From Actinomycetes bacterium (lineage in GTDB: Bacteria > Actinomycetota > Actinomycetes > JAHEKZ01): 64,000 nt of DNA. Positions 48,679 through 60,230 of the stretch are shown here, piece by piece. Location: positions 9,523-73,522 of the forward strand of contig JAHELE010000004.1 in NCBI GenBank assembly GCA_024644345.1, in the 5' to 3' direction. Under the pieces are notes generated by a model, which did no database searches, was not told the DNA's origin, and was given only the letters and a program-made list of their open reading frames with translations. The translations under genes were made by a program, and so were the position numbers. The stretch's first letter is position 1, and each line of letters begins with the position of its first letter.

Positions 48679-49193
48679 GCGAAGAGCCGGCTGTCACGGC
48701 GCCCAAGCGCCCGCTCTGGATCACCTTGGGAGTCGCTTCCGGCGTGCTGGTGCTCGACCAAGCGTCCAAATGGTGGGTTCAGCAGGTCATGCCTGGCCGT
48801 GAGCCGATCGAGATCGTCGGGGACTGGCTGCAGGTGACGTACACACTCAACCCGGGTGCGGCCTTCAGCATGGGAGGGAGCCTGACTGTCGCCCTTACCG
48901 CCATCGCCATCACCGTGGCGATAGTGATCATCAGAATGGCTTCACGGCTTGGATCGACGGCATGGGCGGTGGCCCTGGGAGGCATTCTGGGGGGAGCGCT
49001 GGGCAATCTCTCTGACCGGCTCTTCCGCAGCCCGGGACCTTTTCGCGGTCACGTGGTCGACTGGATCTCGGTACCCAACTGGCCGGTGTTCAACATCGCC
49101 GACAGCGCGATCTTCTGCTCAGCCATCTTGATGGTGTGGCTGTCATTTCGTGGAGTCGGTCTCGACGGCTCTCGTCCGGGAAGGACCGGCTAG
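48642..49193 (+). CDS. lspA: Lipoprotein signal peptidase (start uncertain)
   Basis: DQASK, NPGAAFS, GALGNL.DRL and VFNIAD motifs. Confidence 0.93.
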   Translation: MRRLQAARGTTLSEEPAVTAPKRPLWITLGVASGVLVLDQASKWWVQQVMPGREPIEIVGDWLQVTYTLNPGAAFSMGGSLTVALTAIAITVAIVIIRMASRLGSTAWAVALGGILGGALGNLSDRLFRSPGPFRGHVVDWISVPNWPVFNIADSAIFCSAILMVWLSFRGVGLDGSRPGRTG

Positions 49194-49202
49194 CCTCACC
49201 GG

Positions 49203-50129
49203 GTGTCAGAACATCGCAGGGTGGCCGTGCCGGAAGGGCTCGACGGTGAGCGGGTCGACTCCGCTCTCGCCCGGCTCTTCGGGCTCTCGCGAACGAAGGC
49301 GGCGGACCTGATCGGGGCGGGAGCAGTCCTGATCGATGGTGTTCCCCCTCTCAAGAGTGAGCGGGTGCAGGCTGGCGTCATAGTGGAGGTTGAGCTGCCC
49401 GCGGCGGCGTCGCCTGTCGCTGTCGACACCGAACCAGTGCCCGGACTCACGGTCGTGCATGACGACGACGACATCGTGGTGGTGGACAAACCCGTCGGTG
49501 TTGCCGCCCACCCGAGCCCGGGCTGGAGTGGACCGACTGTCGTGGGTGGACTGGCCGCCGCCGGCTATCGCGTCGCCACCAGCGGTGCGGCCGAGCGGCA
49601 GGGAGTGGTGCATCGCCTCGATGTCGGGACCAGCGGGGTGATGGTGGTCGCGAAGTCGGAGCGCGCCTATACCGTTCTGAAGTCCGCGTTCAAGGAACGG
49701 ACCGTCGAGAAGATCTACCACGCCGTCGTTCAAGGGCATCCAGACCCGAGCAGAGGCACGGTAGATGCACCGATCGGGCGGCACCCGAAGGATGACTGGC
49801 GCTGGGCTGTCACGGCCGGTGGCAAGGAGAGCGTGACCCACTACGAGACTCTGGAGGCCTTCCGGGCGGCCAGCCTGCTGATCATCCACCTGGAGACGGG
49901 GCGTACGCACCAGATTCGGGTGCATATGAGCGCGATCCGTCATCCATGCGTGGGCGACCTGACCTATGGGGCGGACCCGACGCTCTCGGCTCGCCTTGGT
50001 CTGACGCGACAGTGGCTCCATGCGCGAGAGCTGGCCTTCGCCCATCCGTCCTCCGGTGAGCAGGTGCGATTCACGTCCCCCTATCCGGCTGATCTTGAGC
50101 ACGCGCTCGTGGTGCTGCGCGAGGAGTAG
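49203..50129 (+). CDS. RluA/RluD family pseudouridine synthase
   Basis: S4-like N-terminus, [10 protein letters not shown] and [10 protein letters not shown]. Confidence 0.93.
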   Translation: MSEHRRVAVPEGLDGERVDSALARLFGLSRTKAADLIGAGAVLIDGVPPLKSERVQAGVIVEVELPAAASPVAVDTEPVPGLTVVHDDDDIVVVDKPVGVAAHPSPGWSGPTVVGGLAAAGYRVATSGAAERQGVVHRLDVGTSGVMVVAKSERAYTVLKSAFKERTVEKIYHAVVQGHPDPSRGTVDAPIGRHPKDDWRWAVTAGGKESVTHYETLEAFRAASLLIIHLETGRTHQIRVHMSAIRHPCVGDLTYGADPTLSARLGLTRQWLHARELAFAHPSSGEQVRFTSPYPADLEHALVVLREE

Positions 50130-50336
50130 GCGGAGGTCCACTCGACGGCCTGGTAGGAGCCGGTATCGACCCGTAGGCAACGGGCACCTCGGTCTGATCC
50201 GGAGCGTCGGTTCGGGGATCTGCTCCGGCTGCGACTACAGTCGTCAGGGCCGCCTTCCCCCGGCACTGTGACACTCCTGCTCGACCCAGACCCTTCGGGG
50301 ACTCCTCCGATCCACCCCAGGGAGGCCGGCGCCGGT

Positions 50337-53300
50337 ATGGCCGACTCGTTCGTGCACCTGCACGTGCACACCGAGTACTCCATGCTCGATGGTGCTGCCC
50401 GCGTGGGTGAGTTGCTCGATGCCGCGGTTGAGCAGCAGATGCCCGCCATCGCGATCACCGATCACGGCAATGTCTTCGGGGCGCATGACTTCTACCGACA
50501 GGCAAGAGACCGCGGGATCAAACCGATCGTGGGTATCGAGGCCTACCTGACGCCCGGCACCGACCGGCGCGACCGGTCGCGAGTCCGGTGGGGCAGTGGT
50601 GGCCAAGACGACGTCTCGGGTGCCGGCGCGTACACCCACATGACGTTGCTAGCCCAGTCGACCGCGGGAATGCACAACCTGTTCCGTCTCTCCAGTCTGG
50701 CGAGCATCGAAGGGTTCTACTTCAAACCGCGCATGGACCGTGAGCTGCTCCAGACCTACGCCGACGGCATCATCGCGACGACGGGCTGCCCCTCCGGTGA
50801 GGTCCAGACCTTGCTGCGACTCGGCAAGTTCGACGCCGCGGTGCAGGCGGCGTCCGACTACCGCGACATCTTCGGGGCGGACAACTACTTCTGTGAGCTG
50901 ATGGACCACGGTCTCGACATCGAGCGTCGAGCTCGGGATGACCTCCTGCGACTGGCAAAGACACTCGACCTGCCACTGGTGGCGAGCAACGACCTGCACT
51001 ACACCCATGCGGCGGACGCGGTGTCGCATGCCGCGTTGCTGTGTGTGCAGTCCGGCTCGACGCTGGCCGACCCCACACGCTTCAAGTTCGATGCCGATGA
51101 CTTCTACCTGAAGACCGCAGCCGAGATGCGCGACGTGTGGCGCGACTTCCCTGAGGCGTGCGACAACACCCTGCTGATCGCCGAGCGGTGTGAGGTGGCG
51201 TTCAACGAGGACGCCAACCTGATGCCGAGATACGACGTGCCGGAGGGTGAGACCGAGGCCTCATGGTTCGTCAAGGAGGTAGAGCGGGGGCTGCACCATC
51301 GGTATCCGACGGGCATCTCCGACCAGGTGCGCAAGCAGGCCGAGTACGAGGTGGGTGTCATCTGCCAGATGGGCTTTCCTGGTTACTTCCTCGTGGTCGC
51401 GGACTTCATCGGATGGGCCAAGGAGCAGGGGATCAGGGTCGGCCCAGGCCGGGGTTCAGCCGCGGGCGCCATCGTGGCGTACGCCCTCGGCATCACCGAT
51501 CTCGATCCGCTCGTCCACGGGCTGCTCTTCGAGCGGTTCCTCAACCCCGAGCGGGTCTCCATGCCCGACATCGACATCGACTTCGACGAGCGTCGCCGGG
51601 GCGATGTCATCCGCTACGTCACTGACCGATATGGCGATGACCGGGTGGCCCAGATCGTCACCTACGGCACGATCAAGGCCAAGCAGGCGATCAAGGACTC
51701 CTCGCGGGTTCTTGGCTACCCCTACGCGCTCGGTGATCGCGTTACCAAGGTGATGCCCCCGTCCGTGATGGGCAAGGACATCTCGCTGGGCGGCATCTTC
51801 GACAGCAAGGACAAGCGGTACGGCGAAGCCGGCGAGTTCCGGGCTCTGTATGAGTCGGACGCCGACGTCAAACGTGTGGTCGACACAGCACGCGGGCTCG
51901 AGAACCTCAAGCGCCAGTGGGGGGTTCACGCAGCAGGCGTGATCATGTCGAGCGAACGCCTGATCGACCACATCCCCATCATGAAGCGCGAGCAGGACGG
52001 CGCCATCATCACGCAGTTCGACTACCCGACCTGCGAGAAGCTCGGGCTGCTGAAGATGGACTTCCTGGGGCTGCGCAACCTCACCGTTCTCGAGGACGCC
52101 CTTGCCAACATCGAGGCCAACCGAGGCGAGACCGTCGTCCTGGAAACCCTCGCGCTCGATGACAAGGCCACGTACGAGCTGCTCGCCAGCGGAGACACGC
52201 TGGGCGTCTTCCAGCTCGACGGCGGCCCGATGCGGGCACTGCTCCGGTCCATGGTTCCCGACAGCTTCGAGGACATCTCGGCGGTGCTGGCGCTGTACCG
52301 CCCAGGCCCCATGGGAGCCAACGCGCACAACGACTACGCCGACCGTAAGAACAACCGCAAGCCGGTCACGCCGATCCACCCCGAGCTCGCTGACCCATTG
52401 GCCGACATCCTCGGCGACACCTACGGGGTGATCGTCTACCAGGAGCAGGTCATGGCGATCGCCCAGCAGCTCGCCGGATACACGCTCGGACAGGCCGACC
52501 TGCTGAGGCGGGCCATGGGCAAGAAGAAGAAGGAGGTACTCGACAAGGAGTTCGTCCCCTTCTCGGATGGAATGCGTGAACGCGGGTACTCAGACAAGGC
52601 CATCGCGACGTTGTGGGAGATCCTGGTCCCCTTCGCCGACTACGCCTTCAACAAGGCTCACACCGCTGGGTACGGACTGGTCTCGTACTGGACCGCCTAC
52701 CTCAAGGCGAACTTCCCTGCCGAGTACATGGCGGCCCTGCTGACGTCGGTTCGCGACGACAAGGACAAGTCGGCGCTGTACCTCCACGAGTGTCGTCGGA
52801 TGGGAATCAAGGTTCTTCCGCCCGACGTCAACGACTCCGATGCCAACTACACCCCACGGGGGACTGACATCCGCTTCGGGCTTGCTGCGATCCGGAACGT
52901 AGGCCTGAACGTTGTGTCGTCGGTGGTCGAGGCACGTCGGGCCAAGGGGCGTTTCAGCGACTTCGCTGACTTCCTGGCCAAGGTCGACCAGGTGGTCTGC
53001 AACAAGCGAGTGATTGAGTCGTTGGTGAAGGCCGGTGCATTCGACTCACTCGGACATACCCGACGGGGGCTGATCACGGTGCACGTCGAGGCCGTTGACA
53101 TGGTCCTTGAGACCAAGCGGGCGGAGGCGATCGGGCAGTTCGACCTGTTCGGCTCCTCTGAGGACACCGAGACAGCTGCCTTCACCTCCGAGCTCACGAT
53201 CCCGGTCGGCGAGTGGGACAAGGCCGTCCTGCTCAGCAACGAGCGGGACATGCTGGGTCTCTATGTGTCTGACCATCCGCTCTTCGGTGTCGAGCATGTG

Positions 53301-53852
53301 CTGGCCGCGAACTCCGACTGTTCAGTTGCCGAGCTGATGGCCGACAGCGAGCGGCCCGACGGGTCGACGGTGACGGTGGGTGGGCTGATCACCGGGCTAC
53401 AACGCAAGGTGACCAAGCAGGGCAACGCATGGGCAATCGCCACTCTGGAAGACCTCGAGGGCGCGATCGAGGCGATGTTCTTTCCGGCCACGTACAACCT
53501 GGTGGCCCCTCATCTGCACGAGGATCGGATCGTGCTGGTGCGTGGTCGCGTCGACCGACGCGACGACGTCCCCAAACTGATCGCGATGGAACTCAGCCTG
53601 CCTGACCTGGACGCCGAGGAGTCGAGGGGTCCGGTCGTGATCTCGCTGCCAGTGGCTCGCTGTGTCCCTCCGGTGGTCGACCGGCTGAAGGAGGTTCTCA
53701 GCGCGCACCCGGGGACGGTGGAGGTGCATCTCCAGCTCCAGAGCGGTGGCCGAACGACTGTGATGCGGCTCGACGACCGGCTGCGGGTGCGGCCGTCACC
53801 GGCCCTCTTCGGAGACGTGAAGGCGCTGCTGGGCCAGACCAGCGTCGCCTGA
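50337..53852 (+). CDS. dnaE: Replicative DNA polymerase III alpha subunit
   Basis: Intact PHP domain (HLHVHTEYS, TDHG), GRGSAAG, MPDIDIDF, YAFNKAH, clamp motif QFDLF. Confidence 0.97.
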   Translation: MADSFVHLHVHTEYSMLDGAARVGELLDAAVEQQMPAIAITDHGNVFGAHDFYRQARDRGIKPIVGIEAYLTPGTDRRDRSRVRWGSGGQDDVSGAGAYTHMTLLAQSTAGMHNLFRLSSLASIEGFYFKPRMDRELLQTYADGIIATTGCPSGEVQTLLRLGKFDAAVQAASDYRDIFGADNYFCELMDHGLDIERRARDDLLRLAKTLDLPLVASNDLHYTHAADAVSHAALLCVQSGSTLADPTRFKFDADDFYLKTAAEMRDVWRDFPEACDNTLLIAERCEVAFNEDANLMPRYDVPEGETEASWFVKEVERGLHHRYPTGISDQVRKQAEYEVGVICQMGFPGYFLVVADFIGWAKEQGIRVGPGRGSAAGAIVAYALGITDLDPLVHGLLFERFLNPERVSMPDIDIDFDERRRGDVIRYVTDRYGDDRVAQIVTYGTIKAKQAIKDSSRVLGYPYALGDRVTKVMPPSVMGKDISLGGIFDSKDKRYGEAGEFRALYESDADVKRVVDTARGLENLKRQWGVHAAGVIMSSERLIDHIPIMKREQDGAIITQFDYPTCEKLGLLKMDFLGLRNLTVLEDALANIEANRGETVVLETLALDDKATYELLASGDTLGVFQLDGGPMRALLRSMVPDSFEDISAVLALYRPGPMGANAHNDYADRKNNRKPVTPIHPELADPLADILGDTYGVIVYQEQVMAIAQQLAGYTLGQADLLRRAMGKKKKEVLDKEFVPFSDGMRERGYSDKAIATLWEILVPFADYAFNKAHTAGYGLVSYWTAYLKANFPAEYMAALLTSVRDDKDKSALYLHECRRMGIKVLPPDVNDSDANYTPRGTDIRFGLAAIRNVGLNVVSSVVEARRAKGRFSDFADFLAKVDQVVCNKRVIESLVKAGAFDSLGHTRRGLITVHVEAVDMVLETKRAEAIGQFDLFGSSEDTETAAFTSELTIPVGEWDKAVLLSNERDMLGLYVSDHPLFGVEHVLAANSDCSVAELMADSERPDGSTVTVGGLITGLQRKVTKQGNAWAIATLEDLEGAIEAMFFPATYNLVAPHLHEDRIVLVRGRVDRRDDVPKLIAMELSLPDLDAEESRGPVVISLPVARCVPPVVDRLKEVLSAHPGTVEVHLQLQSGGRTTVMRLDDRLRVRPSPALFGDVKALLGQTSVA

Positions 53853-53929
53853 GTGTCGACCGACCGCCCCCGGCACGCCATCCACGATCGGCGGTCGTGG
53901 CAGGTCCCATGGCCGGATAGCCTGGTGCG

Positions 53930-55513
53930 ATGAGTGAGACGGGGGGGTTCGACCCGATCGGGCCGACGGAGTCGACCGGGCCGGCTGAACCCGCCGAGCC
54001 TGTCGTGCCTGCTCGGAAGAGCCGACGACTGTGGGTGCTGGCGGTCGTGGGAGTGGCCGTCATCGCCTCAGCCGGCGCTGGGTTCGCAGCTGGTACTGCC
54101 GTCGGAGGCGGCGGAACCCAACCAGAGGATGTATTGCCCGACACCGTCGTGGCCTATGTCGACCTCGACCTCGACCCCCCGGCGCAGCAGAAGCTCAACC
54201 TCGTACGGCTCCTCGGGCAGTTCGGGGGAGTCAAGCGTGAGTACGGCAGCGAACCAGACCTTCGATCCGTCGCCGTCGACTGGCTGCTCAACGGGTCGGC
54301 CCTCGAGGATGCGGACGTGTCGGCCTGGGTGGGTGATCGCGTCGGGCTCGGCGTCAGCTGGGACCCCGAAGCCCAAGAGCTGACGCCGGTCGCAGCACTC
54401 CAGGTGACCGACGAGCGCGAGGCGGTGTCCGAGCTCAAGCGTGTGGTCGAGCCCCAGCAGGTCGCGGTGGTCGACGGGTACGTCGTCGTCACCGGAGACC
54501 TGTTCGCCGAGTTCGATGCCCTGGATGCGCTTGATGGGGTCGTGGGGTCCGACCTCCCCGGTTCGCAGTCAGCGGCGGACGTCGTGGCTGCGGGTCAGTC
54601 GGCCCCGCTGTCGGCGTCCCCGGCATTCACAGCCCTGTTTGACCGGCTCGATGACGGGTTGGTGACGATGTACGTCGACGGTGACCGCATCGCGGCGGCC
54701 GGGGAACAACTGGCCGACACCCTCGGATTGGGAGGACCGGGCCTTTCCGACGCGTTGGACCGGTTGAGCACGTCGGGCCAGGCCGGGGCGGTGATTCGCG
54801 CCGAGCCAAACGCTCTGGAGCTGCTCGCGTGGACGAGTGCCGCGCCGCCGGGTGGCGATGAACCAGCGCGACTGACAAGCGGTCTCCCCACCTCGACCTT
54901 GATGGCCGCCGAGACGACGGGCGGGTCCGCGTTGGTCGCTGATCGCTGGTCGCAGCTCCGTGGCGAGATCGGCGCGAAGACGTTCGACAAGGCCGTTGCC
55001 GATGTCGAGCAGCAGTACTCCCTGACGCTGCCGGCCGACCTTGTGACGATGGCAGGTGACGACGCGGTACTGGCGGTGGACGGGGAGGGGTTGCTCACGG
55101 GGGTGCCTGGAGTCGGTCTGCGCTCGCTGACCGATCCAGCTGCCGGCGCCGACGTTGCCACCCGGCTCGAAGCCGGATTGGCTGACCTGACCGGAGGCTT
55201 CGGGATCACCGCCGAGGGCACCGGCGACGGCTTCCTGGTCGCCACCACCGATACGTATGCCGAGCGTCTTGCGGCCGGTGACGGCGGCCTGGGCGCAGAT
55301 CCACAGTTCCAGGCGGCTCTGCCGGATGCCGAAACAGCGACCACCTTGATCTGGGTGAACTTTGCGCCGGTCAAGGGCTTTGCCGCACTGGCTGCGCCCG
55401 AGTCGGCCGAACTGATCGCCCCCCTTCAGGCATTCGGATTCACCATCAGCCCAGATGGCGGAGGGTCGACGATCCGGGCCCGATTGGTGTTCGACCAGGC
55501 GGATGCCGCGTGA
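53930..55513 (+). CDS. Membrane-anchored protein (DUF3352-like)
   Basis: TM then GGGTQPE.VLP....Y..LDLDP...QK and W.GDR.G pattern. Confidence 0.65.
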   Translation: MSETGGFDPIGPTESTGPAEPAEPVVPARKSRRLWVLAVVGVAVIASAGAGFAAGTAVGGGGTQPEDVLPDTVVAYVDLDLDPPAQQKLNLVRLLGQFGGVKREYGSEPDLRSVAVDWLLNGSALEDADVSAWVGDRVGLGVSWDPEAQELTPVAALQVTDEREAVSELKRVVEPQQVAVVDGYVVVTGDLFAEFDALDALDGVVGSDLPGSQSAADVVAAGQSAPLSASPAFTALFDRLDDGLVTMYVDGDRIAAAGEQLADTLGLGGPGLSDALDRLSTSGQAGAVIRAEPNALELLAWTSAAPPGGDEPARLTSGLPTSTLMAAETTGGSALVADRWSQLRGEIGAKTFDKAVADVEQQYSLTLPADLVTMAGDDAVLAVDGEGLLTGVPGVGLRSLTDPAAGADVATRLEAGLADLTGGFGITAEGTGDGFLVATTDTYAERLAAGDGGLGADPQFQAALPDAETATTLIWVNFAPVKGFAALAAPESAELIAPLQAFGFTISPDGGGSTIRARLVFDQADAA

Positions 55514-56046
55514 CGGCTCAGCGGTCCGGCCTGGCGGTCTTTGCCCAGACAGCACTCATCGCGCTGGCCCTGGGAGTCCTGATGGGTCTGGTGTGGTGGT
55601 GGGTGGTACCGACCGAGCAGTGGACGGTCGTCGAGGGAGGGCTGCTCCCGGCGGATCTGGGGTACTCGGCGTGGTTCTCATCAGACGGTTGGTTCCTGGT
55701 GTTGGGAGCGATCGCAGGTGCCGTTCTCGCCGGCGCAAGTTGGCGGCGCGGCCGCTCCCGTCCCCTCGTCCTCACGGTCGGCATCATCGTGGGTGCCGGC
55801 CTGGTGTCGGTGGTGGCATGGTCTCTCGGTGGGGCCCTTGGAGCTCCGGATCCGAAGGCCGCGGCTGAGACTGCATCGGTGGGGACCCTCGTCGACGGGT
55901 CACTGGGCATCCGCGCGATCGGCGTTCTCTTCGCGCCGGCTCTGGCGGCGCTCACCGTGCAGGCCCTGCTGTTGTCCGGTACCAAGCTGTTTGACGAACC
56001 CTCGCCCGTCGCCGACAGCAGTTGGGTACCTCAGCAGTCCTGGTGA
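55510..56046 (+). CDS. Membrane protein (DUF2567-like)
   Basis: Four TMs, GLVWWW.VP and F..DGWF; coupled to the upstream gene. Confidence 0.6.
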   Translation: MTAQRSGLAVFAQTALIALALGVLMGLVWWWVVPTEQWTVVEGGLLPADLGYSAWFSSDGWFLVLGAIAGAVLAGASWRRGRSRPLVLTVGIIVGAGLVSVVAWSLGGALGAPDPKAAAETASVGTLVDGSLGIRAIGVLFAPALAALTVQALLLSGTKLFDEPSPVADSSWVPQQSW

Positions 56047-56070
56047 GCCCGTCCTTCCTAGACTGCTCCC

Positions 56071-57375
56071 ATGATCTCCCGCATCGACCTCACGGGTGCC
56101 GCACGTGCCTCTGTGGATCCCCGTGATGTGCTCCCGCGCGCCGAACTGAGTGTTGAGGCTGCGGTCGAGCAGGTACGCCCCCTCTGTGATGACGTGCGTC
56201 GGCGTGGCTCGGTGGCAGTCCGAGAGATCACGGCACGTTTCGACGGAGTCGAGCTCGAGTCGGCTCGGGTTCCCTCTCACGCGATCGCGGACGCCGTCGC
56301 AGCGCTTGATCCGCTGCTGCGGGAGGCACTTGAAGAGGCGATAGCCCGCACCCGCCGGGTGCACCGGGCACAGTCACGTGCGGACGTGACCGTCGAGGTC
56401 GTTCCGGGGGGTCGCGTCACCGAGACCTGGGTGCCGGTGCGACGAGTCGGCCTGTACGTGCCGGGTGGTCTCGTCGCCTACCCGAGCAGCGTGGTCATGA
56501 ATGTCGTTCCGGCCCAGATTGCCGGAGTCGAGTCCCTTGCCATTGCGTCGCCCCCGCAGAGCGGAAACCATGGCCTGCCGAACGCCGCAGTCCTCGCCGC
56601 GTGTGGACTCCTCGGTATCGACGAGGTGTACGCCGTCGGCGGTGCGCAGGCCGTTGCGATGTTCGCCTACGGAACCGACGACTGCCCCCGGGTTGACCTC
56701 GTGACCGGCCCCGGCAACATCTTCGTCGCCGCGGCCAAGCGCCTGCTCAAGGGCGTTGTCGGCATCGACTCGGAGGCCGGACCGACCGAGATCGGGATCT
56801 TGGCCGACCGGTCCGCCGACCCCGGGTATCTGGCGGCCGACCTGATCGCCCAGGCCGAGCACGACGCAAATGCCTCCTGCCTGCTGGTCACCGACTCAGC
56901 CGACCTTCTGGTCGCCGTTGATGCAGAGGTGGCCCAGCAGCTCACGACGACGCGGCACCGCGAACGAGTCGAGACGGCGCTGTCGAAGCAGAGCGCCTAC
57001 GTTCTTGTCGACGACCTCGACCAGGGATTGGAGGTCGTCGACGAATGGGCAGCTGAGCATCTCGAGATCGTGACGGCCGACGCGCCCGAGCGCGCCTCTC
57101 GGGTGCGCAATGCCGGCGCGATCTTCGTCGGCCCCTACTCGCCGGTGTCTCTCGGCGACTACCTGGCCGGTTCTAACCACGTTCTGCCGACGGGGGGAAC
57201 GGCACGTCACAGTGGTGGGCTCTCGGTGCAGTCGTTCCTGCGGGGGATGCACATCATCGAGTACGACCGAGACGCACTGGCCGGGTCGGCCCGCTACATC
57301 GATGCGCTCGGCGGCGCCGAAGACCTCCAGGCTCATGTCGCAGCGGTCCGCGTCCGCATCCCGCGAGACACCTGA
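56071..57375 (+). CDS. hisD: Histidinol dehydrogenase
   Basis: GLYVPGG, GGAQA, GPGN, QAEHD, EHLE and GSNHVLPT motifs. Confidence 0.96.
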   Translation: MISRIDLTGAARASVDPRDVLPRAELSVEAAVEQVRPLCDDVRRRGSVAVREITARFDGVELESARVPSHAIADAVAALDPLLREALEEAIARTRRVHRAQSRADVTVEVVPGGRVTETWVPVRRVGLYVPGGLVAYPSSVVMNVVPAQIAGVESLAIASPPQSGNHGLPNAAVLAACGLLGIDEVYAVGGAQAVAMFAYGTDDCPRVDLVTGPGNIFVAAAKRLLKGVVGIDSEAGPTEIGILADRSADPGYLAADLIAQAEHDANASCLLVTDSADLLVAVDAEVAQQLTTTRHRERVETALSKQSAYVLVDDLDQGLEVVDEWAAEHLEIVTADAPERASRVRNAGAIFVGPYSPVSLGDYLAGSNHVLPTGGTARHSGGLSVQSFLRGMHIIEYDRDALAGSARYIDALGGAEDLQAHVAAVRVRIPRDT

Positions 57376-58466
57376 TGGGACTCGACGACTTGCCGCTGCG
57401 GCCCGACCTGCGCGGCCAGACACCGTATGGCGCTCCACAGCTCGATGTGGACGTCAGGTTGAACACCAACGAGAACCCCTTCTCACCCAGCGCCGCCGTT
57501 GTCGCCTCGATCACCGAGCACGTCGCTCAGGTGGCCGGCGGCCTCAACAGATACCCCGATCGCGACGCCGTCGCCCTACGGGGCGCTCTTGCCGGCTACG
57601 TGTCGGAGCGGACGGGCATCGAGGTGACATCCAACGAGGTCTGGCCCGCGAACGGCAGCAACGAGGTGTTGCAGCAGCTTCTGCAGGCATTCGGCGGGCC
57701 GGGGCGATCTGCGGTGGGGTTCGAACCGACCTACTCCATGCACCGGCTGATCTGCCGCGGAACCGGGACGGACTACCTTGCCCACTCTCGAACCGACACC
57801 TTCGACGTGACACCCGCGGTCGTCCAGCGTGCGATCGGTGAAAGCAACCCGGATATCGTCTTCCTCTGCACGCCCAACAACCCGACGGGTACCGCGATCG
57901 GCCTCGATGTGATCGCCGAGCTGTACGACGCCACCTCGGGGGTCGTGATCATCGACGAGGCGTATGCCGAGTTCAGCTCGAGTCCGAGCGCGGTCACGCT
58001 GCTCCCAGGCCGTGAGCGGCTCGTCGTGGTGCGCACGCTGAGCAAGGCCCTGGAACTGGCTGGAGCACGCATCGGCTACGCAGTCGCGAACCCGTCCGTC
58101 GTCGACGCCCTTCAACTCGTTCGCCTGCCCTACCATCTGTCCGCCGTCACGCAGGCGGTTGGCCTGGCGGCATTGGAGCACACAGCAGAGCTCCTCCACC
58201 GGGTCGAGGAACTGACGGTGCAGCGGGACCGGATCGCTCGTTCCCTCGAGGAACTCGGCTACGACGTCCATGCGTCCGAGGCAAACTTTGTGTTCTTCGG
58301 GGCGATCGGAGATCAACGCCTGATGTGGAATGAGCTGGTCGAGGCCAGCGTCTTGGTCAGGGACGTTGGCGTCCCTGGTCATCTGCGGGTCACCGCAGGA
58401 ACCCCGGACGAGACCGACGCCTTCCTCGAGGCGATCGCCGCCATCACGAAGGAGCCTTCTCTATGA
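57375..58466 (+). CDS. hisC: Histidinol-phosphate aminotransferase
   Basis: LNTNENP, RYPD, PNNPTG, DEAY and RTLSK motifs. Confidence 0.95.
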   Translation: MGLDDLPLRPDLRGQTPYGAPQLDVDVRLNTNENPFSPSAAVVASITEHVAQVAGGLNRYPDRDAVALRGALAGYVSERTGIEVTSNEVWPANGSNEVLQQLLQAFGGPGRSAVGFEPTYSMHRLICRGTGTDYLAHSRTDTFDVTPAVVQRAIGESNPDIVFLCTPNNPTGTAIGLDVIAELYDATSGVVIIDEAYAEFSSSPSAVTLLPGRERLVVVRTLSKALELAGARIGYAVANPSVVDALQLVRLPYHLSAVTQAVGLAALEHTAELLHRVEELTVQRDRIARSLEELGYDVHASEANFVFFGAIGDQRLMWNELVEASVLVRDVGVPGHLRVTAGTPDETDAFLEAIAAITKEPSL

Positions 58467-59077
58467 CGACCGAAACGTCGGCCGGTGCCCGAAAGGCACG
58501 CGTGGAGCGTGTGACAAAGGAATCGTCGGTTGTAGTCGAGCTCGACGTCGACGGCAGTGGTGTGGTCGAGGTCGACACGGGCGTTCCGTTCTTCGACCAC
58601 ATGCTGGCTCAGCTGGGAAAGCACGGCCTGATCGACCTCGTGGTGCGTACGACGGGGGACATCGAGGTGGACGCACACCACACCGTCGAGGACACGTCTC
58701 TGGCCGTCGGCCAGGCGCTGCGGGAAGCCCTCGGCGACAAAGCGGGGGTGCGGCGTTTCGGATACGCGATCGTTCCGCTCGACGAGACCAGGGTGCTGGC
58801 ATCGGTCGACCTGTCGGGTCGTCCGTACCTGGTGCACTCCGAGCCTGAGCTGGTCGAGCTGATCGGCAGCTACGACACAACTCTCACCCGGCACATCTGG
58901 GAGTCGATCGTCGCTGAGGCCCGGGTCACCCTGCACGTAGAGGTGCAGACCGGCCGCAACGCGCACCACGTCGTCGAGGCGCAGTTCAAGGCCGTGGCGC
59001 GAGCCCTCCGTGATGCAGTGGCGTTCGACGCCCGCGTTACCGGGATTCCCTCCACCAAGGGGACGTTGGGCGCGTGA
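58463..59077 (+). CDS. hisB: Imidazoleglycerol-phosphate dehydratase
   Basis: FFDHML, HHTVED and NAHH..EA.FKA motifs. Confidence 0.96.
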   Translation: MTTETSAGARKARVERVTKESSVVVELDVDGSGVVEVDTGVPFFDHMLAQLGKHGLIDLVVRTTGDIEVDAHHTVEDTSLAVGQALREALGDKAGVRRFGYAIVPLDETRVLASVDLSGRPYLVHSEPELVELIGSYDTTLTRHIWESIVAEARVTLHVEVQTGRNAHHVVEAQFKAVARALRDAVAFDARVTGIPSTKGTLGA

Positions 59078-59232
59078 CCAGCAGCGTGGTCCCGGTCCTC
59101 CTGCTTGGAGTCGCTGGGTTCTGCTTCGGGGGCGCCTATGCCCTGTTCAATCAGAAGAAGCCGTGGTGGTCGATCGCCCTGGTGGCTCTCTTCGGGTTGT
59201 TGTCCCTCGCAGCAGCCTGGCTGTACCTGTGA
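59074..59232 (+). CDS. Small two-helix membrane protein (52 aa, below the ORF-track cut-off)
   Basis: [56 protein letters not shown] overlaps with both the hisB stop and the hisH start. Confidence 0.75.
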   Translation: MTSSVVPVLLLGVAGFCFGGAYALFNQKKPWWSIALVALFGLLSLAAAWLYL

Positions 59233-59867
59233 GTGCTCACCAGCCCCGCGTGGTCGTGCTGGACTACGGATCAGGGAATGTGCGCTCGGCGGTTCGGGCG
59301 CTCGAGCGTGCGGGCGCCGACGCGGTCCTCACGTCAGACCGGTCAGCAGCTGCTGAGGCAGATGGCCTGGTGGTTCCGGGGGTCGGCGCGTTCGCGGCAT
59401 GCATGGCCGGTCTGCACCGAGTCGGTGCCGGCGAGATCGTGGGGCGGCGGCTCTCAGGAGGTCGGCCCGTGCTGGGCATCTGTGTGGGTCTGCAGGTCAT
59501 GTTCGAGCGCGGTGTCGAACATGGCGTCGAGACCGAGGGGTTCGGCGAATGGCCCGGTGAGGTGGTGCAGCTCGAAGCGCCGGTGCTTCCGCACATGGGG
59601 TGGAACAGTGTGTCGGTGCCCGAAGAGTCCCGGCTGTTCGCCGGGGTGGCCGGTGAGCGGTTCTACTTCGTGCACTCGTACGGAGTGCGTTCGTGGGTGC
59701 TCGTGCCGGGCGAACGCGTGGCCGAACCGGTGGTGACCTGGGCGACTCACGGCACCCCGTTCGTGGCTGCCGTTGAGAACGGGCCGCTCAGCGCCACGCA
59801 GTTCCATCCGGAGAAGTCCGGCGAGCCGGGTCACCGGCTGCTTCGTAACTGGCTGACCACCCTCTAG
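59229..59867 (+). CDS. hisH: Imidazole glycerol phosphate synthase glutaminase subunit
   Basis: DYGSGN, PGVG, GICVG.Q, HMGWN, FVHSY and QFHPEKS motifs. Confidence 0.96.
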   Translation: MSAHQPRVVVLDYGSGNVRSAVRALERAGADAVLTSDRSAAAEADGLVVPGVGAFAACMAGLHRVGAGEIVGRRLSGGRPVLGICVGLQVMFERGVEHGVETEGFGEWPGEVVQLEAPVLPHMGWNSVSVPEESRLFAGVAGERFYFVHSYGVRSWVLVPGERVAEPVVTWATHGTPFVAAVENGPLSATQFHPEKSGEPGHRLLRNWLTTL

Positions 59868-59876
59868 CCTGCTCGC

Positions 59877-60194
59877 ATGAGCAAGGAGAAGGCCAGACGC
59901 CGGGCTGAGGATCGTGCCAAGAAGAACGCGCCCAAGAAGCCCGCGGCAGATCGGCCAACCCCGACCGAGTCGACGTCGAAGAAGAAGATCCCGGCCCGGT
60001 CAGCACGAGAGCAACGTCGTCGTCGAAGGATCTGGTTGATCGGCGGCATCTGGTTGGCCGCGAACGCCGTGATCTGGATCGTCAGCGGCGCCGGAAACTG
60101 GGAGGCCAAGTGGTTGGGCCTGACCCTCACCACGATCCTGGTGCCACTGATCGTCTGGCTCCTGTGGGACCCCGAAGGACGCGTCGACCTCTGA
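59877..60194 (+). CDS. Small membrane protein with basic N-terminus
   Basis: MSKEKARRRAE.. followed by two TMs; -10-like TAGCCT 6 nt upstream. Confidence 0.7.
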   Translation: MSKEKARRRAEDRAKKNAPKKPAADRPTPTESTSKKKIPARSAREQRRRRRIWLIGGIWLAANAVIWIVSGAGNWEAKWLGLTLTTILVPLIVWLLWDPEGRVDL

Positions 60195-60230
60195 AGTGGC
60201 GGTGGCGTCGACCCCCGTAGAGTTCTGGGC

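Noticed and set aside
50337..53852. Intein or split in dnaE1 or dnaE2
   Set aside because: Both have normal length and continuous motifs; no intein boundary signatures seen
56040..56071. His leader peptide or attenuator
   Set aside because: No His-codon run or terminator upstream; hisD appears leaderless
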